Numbered from the stretch's first letter, positions 49,595 through 59,487 are shown. The stretch is 64,000 nucleotides of DNA from Candidatus Margulisiibacteriota bacterium (GCA_025453605.1 JALOPZ010000002.1:388631-452630), one strand, 5' to 3'. Translations and numbers: made by a program. Notes: generated from the sequence alone by a model not told the origin.

Positions 49595-50089
49595 TTACAG
49601 CTTCGCTCCCGCCCGGTTGTCCCAACCCTGGGTGCTCTCCCCGCTCTTTGAACCGTCGGGGTGGAGCTCGATATTGTTCCAGCTGATCGTCTCATAGGCG
49701 AGCGTCACTTCTTCGATCAGCGCGCTCTCATACTTCAGCTCGACATTCTTGACAGTCGCTTTACCGAGCGTGATCTTGGTCACGACCATCATGCTGCCGC
49801 CGACCGGCTTCATCACATCGATCACCAGCGAAGGGTAAACGGTACCGTCCAGACAGGCCGCGAACAGCGTGTTGCTCGCCGCGTCCAGGTTTTTCTCGAT
49901 GACCAGCGGCCCCGAGCCGCCCGTCTTGTTCGACATTTTCAGCGCCACGAGCCCGACCCCGTCCCGGTGTTCCCGGTCGGTCACCTCACCCTTGAGCCCC
50001 GGCCCGGTCAGGACCATATTGTAAGCGGCAAAAGCGGGGACAACCGTCAGAGCCAGCAGGATCAGAACACCAACTAACTTTGTTTTCAT
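49595..50089 (-). CDS. Hcp (T6SS tube)-like protein with a Sec signal peptide
   Basis: MKTKLVGVLILLALTVVPAFA, then GLKGEVTDREH, KNLDAAS..LFAAC..G, EEVTLAYETI, DG...GWD; AGGAGG RBS. Confidence 0.8.
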   Translation of the reverse strand: MKTKLVGVLILLALTVVPAFAAYNMVLTGPGLKGEVTDREHRDGVGLVALKMSNKTGGSGPLVIEKNLDAASNTLFAACLDGTVYPSLVIDVMKPVGGSMMVVTKITLGKATVKNVELKYESALIEEVTLAYETISWNNIELHPDGSKSGESTQGWDNRAGAKL

Positions 50090-50170
50090 TTGCATCCTCC
50101 TTATCCAACTTATAAAGTATAGCATAAAGCATCATTTGGCCGTCCAGACCACTTGTGCTATATTGAATAT

Positions 50171-51970
50171 ATGCTGCAGATCAACGACCTTTCATTATCG
50201 TTCGGCGGGCAGGAACTGCTCGACGAGATCAGCTTTAACATCCACAACGGGGAAAGGATCGGGCTGGTCGGCCGGAACGGCTCGGGGAAGACGACCCTGT
50301 TTCGGTTAATAACCGGCGAAGTAAAACCGGATGAAGGGCGCATTTCACTGCCGAAGAACTACACCATCGGTTACCTTAAACAGCATCTCAAGTTCAGCCA
50401 GCCAACCGTACTGGAAGAAGCTTGCCTTGGCCTGCCGGAAGAGGAAAAGGACCAGATCTGGAAGGCGGAGAAGATCCTGACCGGGCTCGGGTTCGGCGAA
50501 GACGATCTGGCCAAGTCGCCGGCCGAGTTCTCCGGCGGCTTCCAGGTTCGCCTTAACCTGGCCAAAGTGCTGCTGGCAGAACCGCATCTCCTGCTGCTCG
50601 ACGAACCGACCAACTATCTGGACATCGTCTCGATCCGCTGGTTTACCCGCTTTCTGCAGCGCTGGCCCAACGAAATGATGATCATCACCCACGACCGCGA
50701 CTTTATGAACAGCGTCACCACTCACACCATGGCCATTCACCGGCGCAAGGTCAAAAAGATCGAGGGGGACACGGCCAAACTGTTCGAACAGATCGCGGTC
50801 GAAGAAGAAGTTTACGAAAAGACCCGCCAGAAAGAAGAGAAAAAGCGGGAAGAGACGATCGAGTTCATCAACCGGTTCCGCGCCCTCGCCGCCCGCGCCA
50901 GCCTGGTCCAGTCGCGCGTCAAGGCACTGGAGAAGATGGGAAAAAAGGAAGAGCTGGCCAAGATCATGGACCTCGGTTTCCGTTTCAACGCCCAGGAGTT
51001 CCCGGCCAAGCAATTGATGCGGGTCAACGAAATTTCCTTTGGTTACACTCCGGACCGGACCCTGATCGACCAGCTGTCGCTCAATATCGCCAAAAGGGAC
51101 CGGATCTGCGTCGTCGGCAAGAACGGCAAAGGGAAATCGACCCTCTTAAGACTGCTGGCGGGCGAACTCAAGCCGCAGTCCGGCGAGATCACCAGCCATG
51201 ACAACTGTCAGATCGGCTATTTCGGCCAGACCAATATCGAGCGGCTCAACGAGAGCCTGACGATCGAGCAGGAATTCAGCAAGCTCCGGCCCGATCTGCG
51301 CTACACCGAGATCCGCAAGACGTGCGGCGCGATGATGTTCGGCGGCGACCTGGCGTTGAAGCCGATCTCCGTCCTCTCCGGCGGCGAAAAGAGCCGGGTT
51401 TCGCTGGGGAAGATACTCCTCTCCCCGACCAATCTCCTCCTCCTGGACGAACCGACCAACCATCTCGACGTCGAATCGTGCGATTCGCTGATCGCCGCCC
51501 TCGACGAGTTCCCCGGTGCGGTCATTATCGTCACCCACAGCGAGATGTTCCTCCACCATCTGGCCAAGCGGCTGATCGTTTTTAATGAAGACAAGACGTT
51601 CGTCTTCGATGGGAGCTACCAGGACTTTCTCGACAAGGTCGGCTGGGAAACGGAGACGAAAAAGCCGAAAAAAGAAAAGGCGGCCGCGGCTGCCCGCCAC
51701 GCGCAGGAAAAGCGCGCAGCGGAATACCAAAAACAGCGCAGCGCGCTGCTGGCCAAAACGACCGCGGTCGAAAAAATGATCGACGACGAAGAAGTTGCGC
51801 TCGAAGCGGCCAATCTCAAGCTGGCAGAAGCGGCCGGCAAGCTCAGCGGCGAAGAGATCCAAAAACTGCAGATCAAAGCCCACCAGCATCAGGAAGTGCT
51901 CGACGCCGCCTACCGCCAGCTGGAACAACTGATCGCGGAGCTGGACACTCTGGACAAAGCGAAGCCGTGA
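50171..51970 (+). CDS. ABC-F family ATPase
   Basis: Two ABC domains (GRNGSGKT, FSGG, LLLDEPTN; GKNGKGKS, LSGGE, LLLDEPTN); no TM; coiled-coil tail. Confidence 0.95.
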   Translation: MLQINDLSLSFGGQELLDEISFNIHNGERIGLVGRNGSGKTTLFRLITGEVKPDEGRISLPKNYTIGYLKQHLKFSQPTVLEEACLGLPEEEKDQIWKAEKILTGLGFGEDDLAKSPAEFSGGFQVRLNLAKVLLAEPHLLLLDEPTNYLDIVSIRWFTRFLQRWPNEMMIITHDRDFMNSVTTHTMAIHRRKVKKIEGDTAKLFEQIAVEEEVYEKTRQKEEKKREETIEFINRFRALAARASLVQSRVKALEKMGKKEELAKIMDLGFRFNAQEFPAKQLMRVNEISFGYTPDRTLIDQLSLNIAKRDRICVVGKNGKGKSTLLRLLAGELKPQSGEITSHDNCQIGYFGQTNIERLNESLTIEQEFSKLRPDLRYTEIRKTCGAMMFGGDLALKPISVLSGGEKSRVSLGKILLSPTNLLLLDEPTNHLDVESCDSLIAALDEFPGAVIIVTHSEMFLHHLAKRLIVFNEDKTFVFDGSYQDFLDKVGWETETKKPKKEKAAAAARHAQEKRAAEYQKQRSALLAKTTAVEKMIDDEEVALEAANLKLAEAAGKLSGEEIQKLQIKAHQHQEVLDAAYRQLEQLIAELDTLDKAKP

Positions 51971-52010
51971 CGTTTGTTATCCGTTTGGCGTGTGCTATAA
52001 TATTTCCACT

Positions 52011-52751
52011 ATGACAAGAAAACCGATCATGGCCGGCAACTGGAAAATGTACAAGACCCCGACCGAGGCGGCGGATTTCGTTAAGGCGCTCGCCCCCCAG
52101 GTGAAGGATGTCCACGACAAGACGATGCTCCTCTGCGCTCCGTTCACGGCGCTGCAGAAATTGAGCGACGCCGCGGTCGGGACCAATATCGCCGTCGGCG
52201 CGGAAAATCTCTACTGGGAAGACGAAGGGGCCTTTACCGGCGAAGTCTCCGCCCCGATGCTCAAAGCGGTTGGCTGCACCTATGTTATCATCGGCCACTC
52301 CGAACGGCGGCAGTACTTCGGCGAGACCGACGCGACGGTCAATAAGAAGCTGTTTGCGGCGCTCAAGCACAATCTTCTGCCGATCATCTGCGTCGGCGAG
52401 ACTTTAGCCCAAAGAGAAGGGAACGAAACCTTTAAAGTAATCGAAACACAGATCAACGGAGCATTCCAGGGCGTGACCAACAGCCACTGGACGTCGATCA
52501 TAATCGCCTACGAACCCGTTTGGGCGATCGGCACCGGCAAAACGGCGACCCCGGCCCAGGCCCAGGAAGTCCACGCTTTTATCCGGAAGTTATTACCCAA
52601 AGATGTCGCCAACGATATCCGGATCCTCTACGGCGGTTCGGTCAAACCGGAGAACGTCAAGGAATTGATGGGTCAGCCGGATATCGACGGCGGGCTGGTC
52701 GGCGGGGCGGCCTTAAAAGTCGACAGCTATCTCAAGCTGATCAAGTACTAA
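52011..52751 (+). CDS. tpiA: Triosephosphate isomerase
   Basis: AGNWKM, GHSERR, AYEPVWAIGTG, YGGSV, LVGGA. Confidence 0.99.
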   Translation: MTRKPIMAGNWKMYKTPTEAADFVKALAPQVKDVHDKTMLLCAPFTALQKLSDAAVGTNIAVGAENLYWEDEGAFTGEVSAPMLKAVGCTYVIIGHSERRQYFGETDATVNKKLFAALKHNLLPIICVGETLAQREGNETFKVIETQINGAFQGVTNSHWTSIIIAYEPVWAIGTGKTATPAQAQEVHAFIRKLLPKDVANDIRILYGGSVKPENVKELMGQPDIDGGLVGGAALKVDSYLKLIKY

Positions 52752-53728
52752 ATACTCTTGGCGATCGTCTGAAGCAGCCGCCGGTAAAGCAGTTTTTGCG
52801 TCAGTTCGTCCTTGTACGCCGCGCGTTCGTACTTCGGCCGGGCCTTCAACCCTTTGATCTCATCCGCCACTCGCTCTTGCTCCGCGCCCAGGCCAACCAC
52901 CATAATCGTCGGCAGTTTTTTGGGGAGCGCGGCCGAGAGGCCGGCCGCGAACCGGGCGACCAGCCCGCGCCTGGTCAAAGCGTCGCGGAAGATCTTTTCG
53001 CTTAGCCCCCGGCGAAGATAATCGATCGGCCCGACGTTGGTGGCGATCTCGGAGAGATTGCTGATCCGGACCTCGACCCCTTTCTTTGTCTCGACAAAGA
53101 TAAAATGGCTCGGGTTAAGATTCGACATGCCAACTTGCTCGTCCAGCGCTAAGATCCGGCCAAAGATCTCGCCGAGCGCGAAAATGTGCCGGTCGGTCAG
53201 CCTCTTTTTTTCGACCAGATCGTGCAGGGTGTCGCCAGCGATGTATTCCCGGACAAAAAGCGGCACGGTCACCCCCGGGCCGAGTTCGATCATATAGATC
53301 CCGTAATGTTTGGCCAGTAGGCCGGAGCGGCGGAGCCCATTGGGGACCCGCTCTTCCTTGACCAGTGCCTCCATCGCCCGCATTTTGCTGTCGCGCAGCG
53401 GCAGCATCAGCGCCAGCGCGCCGCTGCTTCCCAACGCGACCTGGCCGACCACATATCCGTCATCGTTAAAGACCCTGACCAGGGAACACTCGCCGACCGG
53501 TTTTCCGCCGAGCCGCCGGCCGATCATGGCGGCAAAATCGTTATCCCAACGCCGGTCGGTCAACAGCTTTCCCAAAAAGCGGATCAGCCGCTCGTGATTA
53601 CCGCCGACCTCCAGCCGGGCTTTCGGGGTCAGCAGGAAATTAGAACTGCCGGCCCGGACAACGCCGGCGAACGGCAGACACGACTGCCTCGCCTGACCGC
53701 CCGCTTTGATCCTTTTAATGCCGTTCAT
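52748..53728 (-). CDS. Protein-kinase-fold protein with degenerate catalytic motifs
   Basis: LFVREYIAGDTL (hinge), MSNLNPSHF in place of HRDLxPxN, VRISNL in place of DFG; start ATG 53728. Confidence 0.6.
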   Translation of the reverse strand: MNGIKRIKAGGQARQSCLPFAGVVRAGSSNFLLTPKARLEVGGNHERLIRFLGKLLTDRRWDNDFAAMIGRRLGGKPVGECSLVRVFNDDGYVVGQVALGSSGALALMLPLRDSKMRAMEALVKEERVPNGLRRSGLLAKHYGIYMIELGPGVTVPLFVREYIAGDTLHDLVEKKRLTDRHIFALGEIFGRILALDEQVGMSNLNPSHFIFVETKKGVEVRISNLSEIATNVGPIDYLRRGLSEKIFRDALTRRGLVARFAAGLSAALPKKLPTIMVVGLGAEQERVADEIKGLKARPKYERAAYKDELTQKLLYRRLLQTIAKSI

Positions 53729-53738
53729 AGTTACCTGC

Positions 53739-53767
53739 TTATCGGCCCCCGGTCCGGATAATTTCAT
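53739..53767 (-). promoter_or_regulatory. Sigma-28-like promoter, weaker copy 7
   Basis: ATGAAATTAT-N11-GCCGATAA; perfect -10 box, 10 nt before ATG 53728. Confidence 0.6.
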
Positions 53768-53839
53768 CTTTTTTTGCCGGCTGATCTATGATAATATTGT
53801 AACGGTTCAACGCTGAAATAAACGAGGGGAGCGGATAAA

Positions 53840-54820
53840 ATGGCAAAAAGATTGTACGAAGAAATGGGCCTGGTCAACACGAAAGAGATGTTCCGGAAAG
53901 CAATGGCAGGGAAGTACGCGGTCCCGGCTTATAACTTCAATAATATGGAGCAGCTGCAGGCGATCATCGGCGGCTGCGCGGAGAGCAATTCCCCGGTCAT
54001 CATCCAGGTTTCGAGCGGGGCGCGAAAATACGCCAACCAGACCCTCCTCCGCTACATGGCGCAGGGGGCGGTCGAAATGTGCCGTAAAGATCTAAAATCG
54101 AACATTCCGATCTGTCTCCACCTTGATCACGGCGACACCTTTGAGCTGTGCAAATCGTGCATCGACTTTGGTTTCTCTTCGGTCATGATCGACGGCTCTG
54201 CCCACACTTATGAAGACAACATCGCGCTGACCAAAAAGGTCGTCGACTACGCCCACCAGTTCGATGTCACGGTCGAAGGGGAACTCGGCGTCCTGGCCGG
54301 GATCGAGGACGAGGTCAAGGCTGAGAAGCACACTTACACCGACCCGGCCCAGGTCGAGGATTTCGTCAAACGGACCGGCGTCGATTCACTGGCCATCTCG
54401 ATCGGCACCTCGCACGGCGCCTACAAGTTCAAGGTCAAGCCGGGCGAGTCGGTCCCCCCGCTCCGCTTTGATATCCTGGCCGAAGTGGAAAAAAGACTGC
54501 CCGGCTTCCCGATCGTCCTGCACGGTGCCTCTTCGGTCGTCCAGGAATATGTCGCCCTGATCAACAAGTTCGGCGGCAAGATGGACAACGCGGTCGGCAT
54601 CCCCGAAGAACAGCTGCGCAAAGCGGCCGGCTCGGCCGTCTGCAAGATCAACATCGACAGCGACGGCCGCCTGGTGATGACCGCGATCATCCGCAAGGTC
54701 TTCGCGGAATCACCGTCCGAGTTTGATCCGCGCAAATACCTCGGCCCGGCCCGCGAAGAATTAAAGAAGCTGATCGTCGCCAAGAACACGAATGTATTAG
54801 GTTCGGCTGGAAAAGCCTAA
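53840..54820 (+). CDS. fba: Class II fructose-1,6-bisphosphate aldolase
   Basis: LHLDHG, SSVMIDGS, VEGELG, IGTSHGAYK, VLHGASS, KINIDSD. Confidence 0.97.
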   Translation: MAKRLYEEMGLVNTKEMFRKAMAGKYAVPAYNFNNMEQLQAIIGGCAESNSPVIIQVSSGARKYANQTLLRYMAQGAVEMCRKDLKSNIPICLHLDHGDTFELCKSCIDFGFSSVMIDGSAHTYEDNIALTKKVVDYAHQFDVTVEGELGVLAGIEDEVKAEKHTYTDPAQVEDFVKRTGVDSLAISIGTSHGAYKFKVKPGESVPPLRFDILAEVEKRLPGFPIVLHGASSVVQEYVALINKFGGKMDNAVGIPEEQLRKAAGSAVCKINIDSDGRLVMTAIIRKVFAESPSEFDPRKYLGPAREELKKLIVAKNTNVLGSAGKA

Positions 54821-54836
54821 GAAAGAGGGATAACAG

Positions 54837-56045
54837 ATGAAGGTCAAGTTTCAGGGTAAAGAGCTGAATATTAAGCGGATCGGGATCCTGACCGGCGGCG
54901 GCGACTGCGCCGGCCATAACGCGGTGATCGTCGGCCTGCTCCGGCGGATCAACCAGGCTAACCTTACCCTTCCCACCGACGAAAAAATGGAACTGGTCGG
55001 CCTGCTGGAGGGGTGGAAATCGCTGACCCGCGATCCCGGGACAGAAATGGCTAAGATCGTTAAACCGCTCAACCTGATGGAGATCGAAGAATCTTTTACC
55101 GTCGCGGGAACTATCCTGAAATCTTCCCGCACCAACCTCTTCTCCAAGGCTAATCTCGAAGCCAAGCTGCCCGAGAAAGCGATGGCCAACCTGAAAAAGC
55201 TGAACATTGACTGTCTCTGCGTTCTGGGCGGTGACGATACTTTGGGCGCGGCCGGGAAATTGGGCCAGCAGTTTGTTTTCCCGATGTTCGGCGCCCCCAA
55301 GACGATGGACAACGACGTCCACGGGACCGAGATGACCTATGGGTTTGAATCAGCGGTCGAAGAAGCGACCCACTTTATCGAGAACATCCGGACGACCGCG
55401 GAATCGCACAACCGCTGCTTCGTCGTTGAGCTGCTCGGCCGCTCGGCCGGTTGGGTTGCCCTCTGGGCCGGGATCGCCGGCGGCGCGGAGGTCACCCTCC
55501 TCCCCGAAGAGAACCTCAACCTCGATAACGTCATCAAACAGGTCGAGCACGCCATCAAGCTGAAACAACACTGCCTCGTCGTCGTTTCGGAAGGGGTCCG
55601 CCTCTTCGACACCCGCTACCCGGCAGCGATCAACCAGCGGCATAAAGAGATGCTCGAAGCGGTCAAGGCCGATCCCAAATACGCGCTGGTCAAGGCGCGC
55701 GACGAAATGCCGAAAAAGAAAGATTCGTTCGGCAACGAACAGCTCGGCGGGATCGGCGAGTATATTTTCGCTATTCTGGAGAAACACACCAAAGGGTTTG
55801 AATACCGCTACCAGAACTGCGGTCACGCCATCCGCGGTGGCGTCGCTCACGTCATGGACCGGATCCTCGGGCTGCGCTACGGCGACGCGATCTTCCAGTT
55901 CATGAAGGATGGCCAGTTCGGGGTTTATCCGGGGCTGGAAGCCGATAAGATCATGGCGCGCGACTTATTGAAAGTCAAAGGCGAACGGTTCGTGCCGCAA
56001 GACCACCAATTATTCGCGATGCGCAACGCGGTCGAGTACTACTGA
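54837..56045 (+). CDS. Phosphofructokinase, PPi-type signature
   Basis: LTGGGDCAG, GGDDT, PKTMDND, VELLGRSAG. Confidence 0.88.
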   Translation: MKVKFQGKELNIKRIGILTGGGDCAGHNAVIVGLLRRINQANLTLPTDEKMELVGLLEGWKSLTRDPGTEMAKIVKPLNLMEIEESFTVAGTILKSSRTNLFSKANLEAKLPEKAMANLKKLNIDCLCVLGGDDTLGAAGKLGQQFVFPMFGAPKTMDNDVHGTEMTYGFESAVEEATHFIENIRTTAESHNRCFVVELLGRSAGWVALWAGIAGGAEVTLLPEENLNLDNVIKQVEHAIKLKQHCLVVVSEGVRLFDTRYPAAINQRHKEMLEAVKADPKYALVKARDEMPKKKDSFGNEQLGGIGEYIFAILEKHTKGFEYRYQNCGHAIRGGVAHVMDRILGLRYGDAIFQFMKDGQFGVYPGLEADKIMARDLLKVKGERFVPQDHQLFAMRNAVEYY

Positions 56046-56047
56046 GG

Positions 56048-57022
56048 TCAAGTCGCCAGCATGTTGGCCAGCTTGTAGGCGGCCAGGTCGAGCTTCTTTT
56101 TGCGGCGGGCGACCTCGTCGATCGGGGTTTCCACCACTTTATCCGAGATAATACCGACCATTAAGGCCGATTTTCCCTCGATCAACAATTGAACAGCCCG
56201 GGCGCCAAGCTTGCAGGCGACTTCACGGGAGAGCGCCGACGGCGATCCGCCCCGCTGCATGTGTCCCAGAATGCTGACGCGGACGTCGAGCGTCGTCCGC
56301 TTGCGCAGATGGACGGCGACCTCGTTGGCCGAGATCGCCCCTTCGGCGACGACGATTATAAAACTCGATTTCCCCCGCTGCTGGCCGTAACGGATCTTCT
56401 GGCCGATCGCGTCGATGTTGTACGGGATCTCCGGAATAATGATCGCCTCGGCGCCGGCCGTCAGCCCAACGTCAAGCGCGATAAAACCGTTGTTCCGGCC
56501 CATCACTTCGATCACGAAAACCCGCTCGTGGGAGGTGGCGGTGTCGCGGATCTTGTCGATCGCTTCCAGGGCGGTGTTGACCGCCGTGTCAAAGCCGATG
56601 CTGTAGTCGGTCCCGTAAATATCGTTGTCGATCGAGGCCGGGATATTGATCACCCGGGTGCCGAATTCCTTGTGCAGGGCGTGGGCGGCCCCCAGCGACC
56701 CGTCGCCGCCGATCACCACCAGCCCTTCGATGTTGTAAGCGCACAGATTTTCGTAGGCCTTTTTGCGGGCCGCCTTCTGGCGGAACTCGGGACAGCGGTG
56801 AGTGTGGAGGATCGTCCCGCCGTGGTTGATGATCCCGCTGACCGAAGCGAGCTCCATGTTGATGATCTTGTTGTCGATCAGGCCGCGCCAACCCCGCTCG
56901 ATCCCGTAAACCTTTAGCCCGCTGAAGATCGCCGTCCGGACCACCGCCCGGATGGCCGTGTTCATCCCCGGCGCGTCGCCGCCCGGTGTAATGACGCCGA
57001 TCGTCTTGATTTTTTTACTCAT
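56048..57022 (-). CDS. pfkA: ATP-dependent 6-phosphofructokinase
   Basis: GGDAPGMN, GGDGS, PASIDND, EVMGR, LGHMQRGG; start ATG 57022. Confidence 0.95.
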   Translation of the reverse strand: MSKKIKTIGVITPGGDAPGMNTAIRAVVRTAIFSGLKVYGIERGWRGLIDNKIINMELASVSGIINHGGTILHTHRCPEFRQKAARKKAYENLCAYNIEGLVVIGGDGSLGAAHALHKEFGTRVINIPASIDNDIYGTDYSIGFDTAVNTALEAIDKIRDTATSHERVFVIEVMGRNNGFIALDVGLTAGAEAIIIPEIPYNIDAIGQKIRYGQQRGKSSFIIVVAEGAISANEVAVHLRKRTTLDVRVSILGHMQRGGSPSALSREVACKLGARAVQLLIEGKSALMVGIISDKVVETPIDEVARRKKKLDLAAYKLANMLAT

Positions 57023-57041
57023 AGTTAGTATAGTATATGTT

Positions 57042-58580
57042 ATGACGAGAAAAATCAAGATATTCGATACCACCCTGCGCGACGGCGAACAGTGCCCCGG
57101 CGCCTCGCTCAATCCGGAAGAAAAGCTGGAGATCGCCCGCCAGCTGGCCAAACTTAACGTTGACGCCATCGAAGCCGGTTTCGCCATCGCTTCCCCCGGC
57201 GATTTTGAGTCGGTCAAGCAGATCGCCGAGCAGATCAAAGGGCCGATCATCTGCTCGCTCGCCCGCGCTAAGAAAGAAGACATTCAGCGCGCCTGGGACG
57301 CGGTCAAATATTCGGCCAAACCGCGCATTCACGTTTTCCTGGCCACCTCCCCGATCCACATGGAGAAAAAACTCCGCATGACCCCCGAGGCAGTGCTTAA
57401 AACAGCGGTCGAGATGGTCAAATTCGCCTGCTCGCTCTGCCCCGACGTCGAATTTTCACCGGAGGATGCCGGCCGCTCCGAACCGGAGTTCCTTTATAAG
57501 GTCATCGGCGCGGTGATCGACGCCGGCGCCCAAACGATCAACGTCCCCGACACGGTCGGCTACACCACCCCGTGGGAGTTCGGCCAGCTGATCGAGAATA
57601 TCATCAAGCACGTGCCTCAAGTCAGGGCCAAGAACGTGACGATCTCGGTCCACTGCCATAATGACCTCGGCCTGGCGACGGCCAATTCGCTCGCCGCGGT
57701 CCGGGCCGGCGCCACTCAGGTCGAATGCACGCTCAACGGGATCGGCGAACGGGCCGGCAACGCCTCGTTCGAGGAAGTCGTCATGACGCTCAAGACCCGG
57801 CGCGATTTCTTCGCTGCCCAGGTCGACATCAACACCCGGGAGATCTATAAGGCGAGCCGGATGGTCAGCAATCTGACCGGGCTCGTCGTCCAGCCGAACA
57901 AGGCGGTCGTCGGAGCCAACGCCTTTGCCCACGAAGCGGGGATCCATCAGGCCGGCGTCCTGCGCGCCCGCGAAACCTACGAGATCATGCGGCCGGAAGA
58001 TATCGGGCTGACGGAGAACAAGCTGGTCCTGGGCAAGCACTCCGGGCGCCACGCGGTGGCGGAGCGGCTCAAGGCGCTCGGTTACGACCTTAACGAAGCG
58101 AACCTCGAAAAAGCGTTCAATAAGTTCAAAGAGCTGGCGGACAAGAAAAAAGAGGTCGGCGACCGCGATCTGGAGGCGATCGTTTCCGACGAGGTCTACG
58201 TCGTGCCGGAGACCTACACGCTCGAGGCGGTCGAGATCGCGTCCGGCACCCACACCAAACCGACCGCCAGGGTCAAGCTCCTTTATCAGGGGAAGGTGAA
58301 AGAAGTTAACGTGGCCGGGGTCGGCCCGGTCGACGCCATCTACTCCGCCATGCAAAAGATCACCGGGGTGGCGCCGGAGCTGGTCGATTTCACTATTCAG
58401 GCGATCACCGGGGGGACCGACGCGCAGGGGGAAGTGACGGTCCGGATCAAGGAGAACGGCCGGATCTACGTCGGCCACGGGGCGTCAATGGACATCATTA
58501 TGGCGAGCGCCAAAGCGTTCCTCGCCGCGATCAACCGGCTCCTCTACGCCAGAACAAACCCGACTACTCTTCGACAGTGA
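57042..58580 (+). CDS. leuA: 2-isopropylmalate synthase
   Basis: IFDTTLRDGEQ, PDTVG, HCHNDLG, GIGERAGN, AHEAGIHQ, GPVDA; start ATG 57042. Confidence 0.97.
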   Translation: MTRKIKIFDTTLRDGEQCPGASLNPEEKLEIARQLAKLNVDAIEAGFAIASPGDFESVKQIAEQIKGPIICSLARAKKEDIQRAWDAVKYSAKPRIHVFLATSPIHMEKKLRMTPEAVLKTAVEMVKFACSLCPDVEFSPEDAGRSEPEFLYKVIGAVIDAGAQTINVPDTVGYTTPWEFGQLIENIIKHVPQVRAKNVTISVHCHNDLGLATANSLAAVRAGATQVECTLNGIGERAGNASFEEVVMTLKTRRDFFAAQVDINTREIYKASRMVSNLTGLVVQPNKAVVGANAFAHEAGIHQAGVLRARETYEIMRPEDIGLTENKLVLGKHSGRHAVAERLKALGYDLNEANLEKAFNKFKELADKKKEVGDRDLEAIVSDEVYVVPETYTLEAVEIASGTHTKPTARVKLLYQGKVKEVNVAGVGPVDAIYSAMQKITGVAPELVDFTIQAITGGTDAQGEVTVRIKENGRIYVGHGASMDIIMASAKAFLAAINRLLYARTNPTTLRQ

Positions 58581-58797
58581 TACAGGTCAGGGTCCGGGCC
58601 ACGCAACCGGTCGCCTGGATCTTTTTAACGATAAAATCGCCCAGCGACTTCAGGTCAGCCGTTTCCACAAAAGCGATCACGTCGTAGGGACCGGTCACCA
58701 GGTGGACGGTCTTCATCCCCGGCAGGTTCTTGATCGCGTTGATCAGCTCGATCGCTTTGCCCGGCAGCGCTTCAACCAAGATATAAGCTCTGGTCAT
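58564..58797 (-). CDS. Stand-alone Lrp/AsnC ligand-binding (RAM) domain protein
   Basis: AYILV...VTGPYDVIA...TLTCI. Confidence 0.88.
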   Translation of the reverse strand: MTRAYILVEALPGKAIELINAIKNLPGMKTVHLVTGPYDVIAFVETADLKSLGDFIVKKIQATGCVARTLTCITVEE

Positions 58798-58854
58798 GAA
58801 AAAGCACCCCCCTTATCTGGCCAAAGTATAGCACAAATGGTATAATGGCAATAG

Positions 58855-59487
58855 ATGAACGCTTTTTGGGCAAAACTGAGCACATATTTCGTCCGCGGAC
58901 TGATCACTCTGCTGCCGCTCCTGGTCACGATCTGGCTTCTCTGGTTCATGTTCTCGTTCCTCGACGGGATCCTCGGCAATATCATCACCCTCTTCATCGG
59001 CCACCCGCTGCCGGGGGTCGGTTTTATCATCACTATCGCTCTGATCTTCATCGCGGGATACTTCGGCACTCAGCTCTTCGGCGTCCGGCTCTTTAAGTTC
59101 GGCGAGACTCTCCTCTCCCGGGTCCCGATCGTCAAGAGCATCTACTCGGCGACCAAGCAGGTTAACGACGTCCTCTTCCAGGAAAAATCGGCCGATGAGT
59201 ACCGGCGCGCCTGTATCGTGGAATATCCGCGCAAGGGGATCTGGTCGCTCGGTTTCGTCACCTCGGACGCGGCGGCAGAGATCGAAGCGAAAGCCAAGGA
59301 AAAGATGATCAATATCTTTATCGCCAACACCCCCACTCCGGCGACCGGTTTTCTGATCATGGTCCCGGCCCGCGAGGTTATCCTGCTCGACATGAAGATC
59401 GAAGACGCGATCAAGTACCTGATCTCCGCCGGCGTGCTTAAGCCCGCCACCATCCCCCAGGAAGTGCCGATCAAAAAAGAGTCATAG
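58855..59487 (+). CDS. DUF502 membrane protein
   Basis: YFVRGLITLLP, PIVKSIY, VEYPRKG, GFVT, TPTPATGFL, ISAG. Confidence 0.92.
   Translation: MNAFWAKLSTYFVRGLITLLPLLVTIWLLWFMFSFLDGILGNIITLFIGHPLPGVGFIITIALIFIAGYFGTQLFGVRLFKFGETLLSRVPIVKSIYSATKQVNDVLFQEKSADEYRRACIVEYPRKGIWSLGFVTSDAAAEIEAKAKEKMINIFIANTPTPATGFLIMVPAREVILLDMKIEDAIKYLISAGVLKPATIPQEVPIKKES

Noticed and set aside
49595-50089. A type VI secretion locus
   Set aside because: Only an Hcp-like gene is present; no sheath, VgrG, baseplate or membrane-complex genes in the window.
56048-57283. N-terminal extensions of pfkA (411 aa) and leuA (542 aa) in the ORF track
   Set aside because: They overlap each other's conserved coding regions; family similarity begins at ATG 57022 and ATG 57042.
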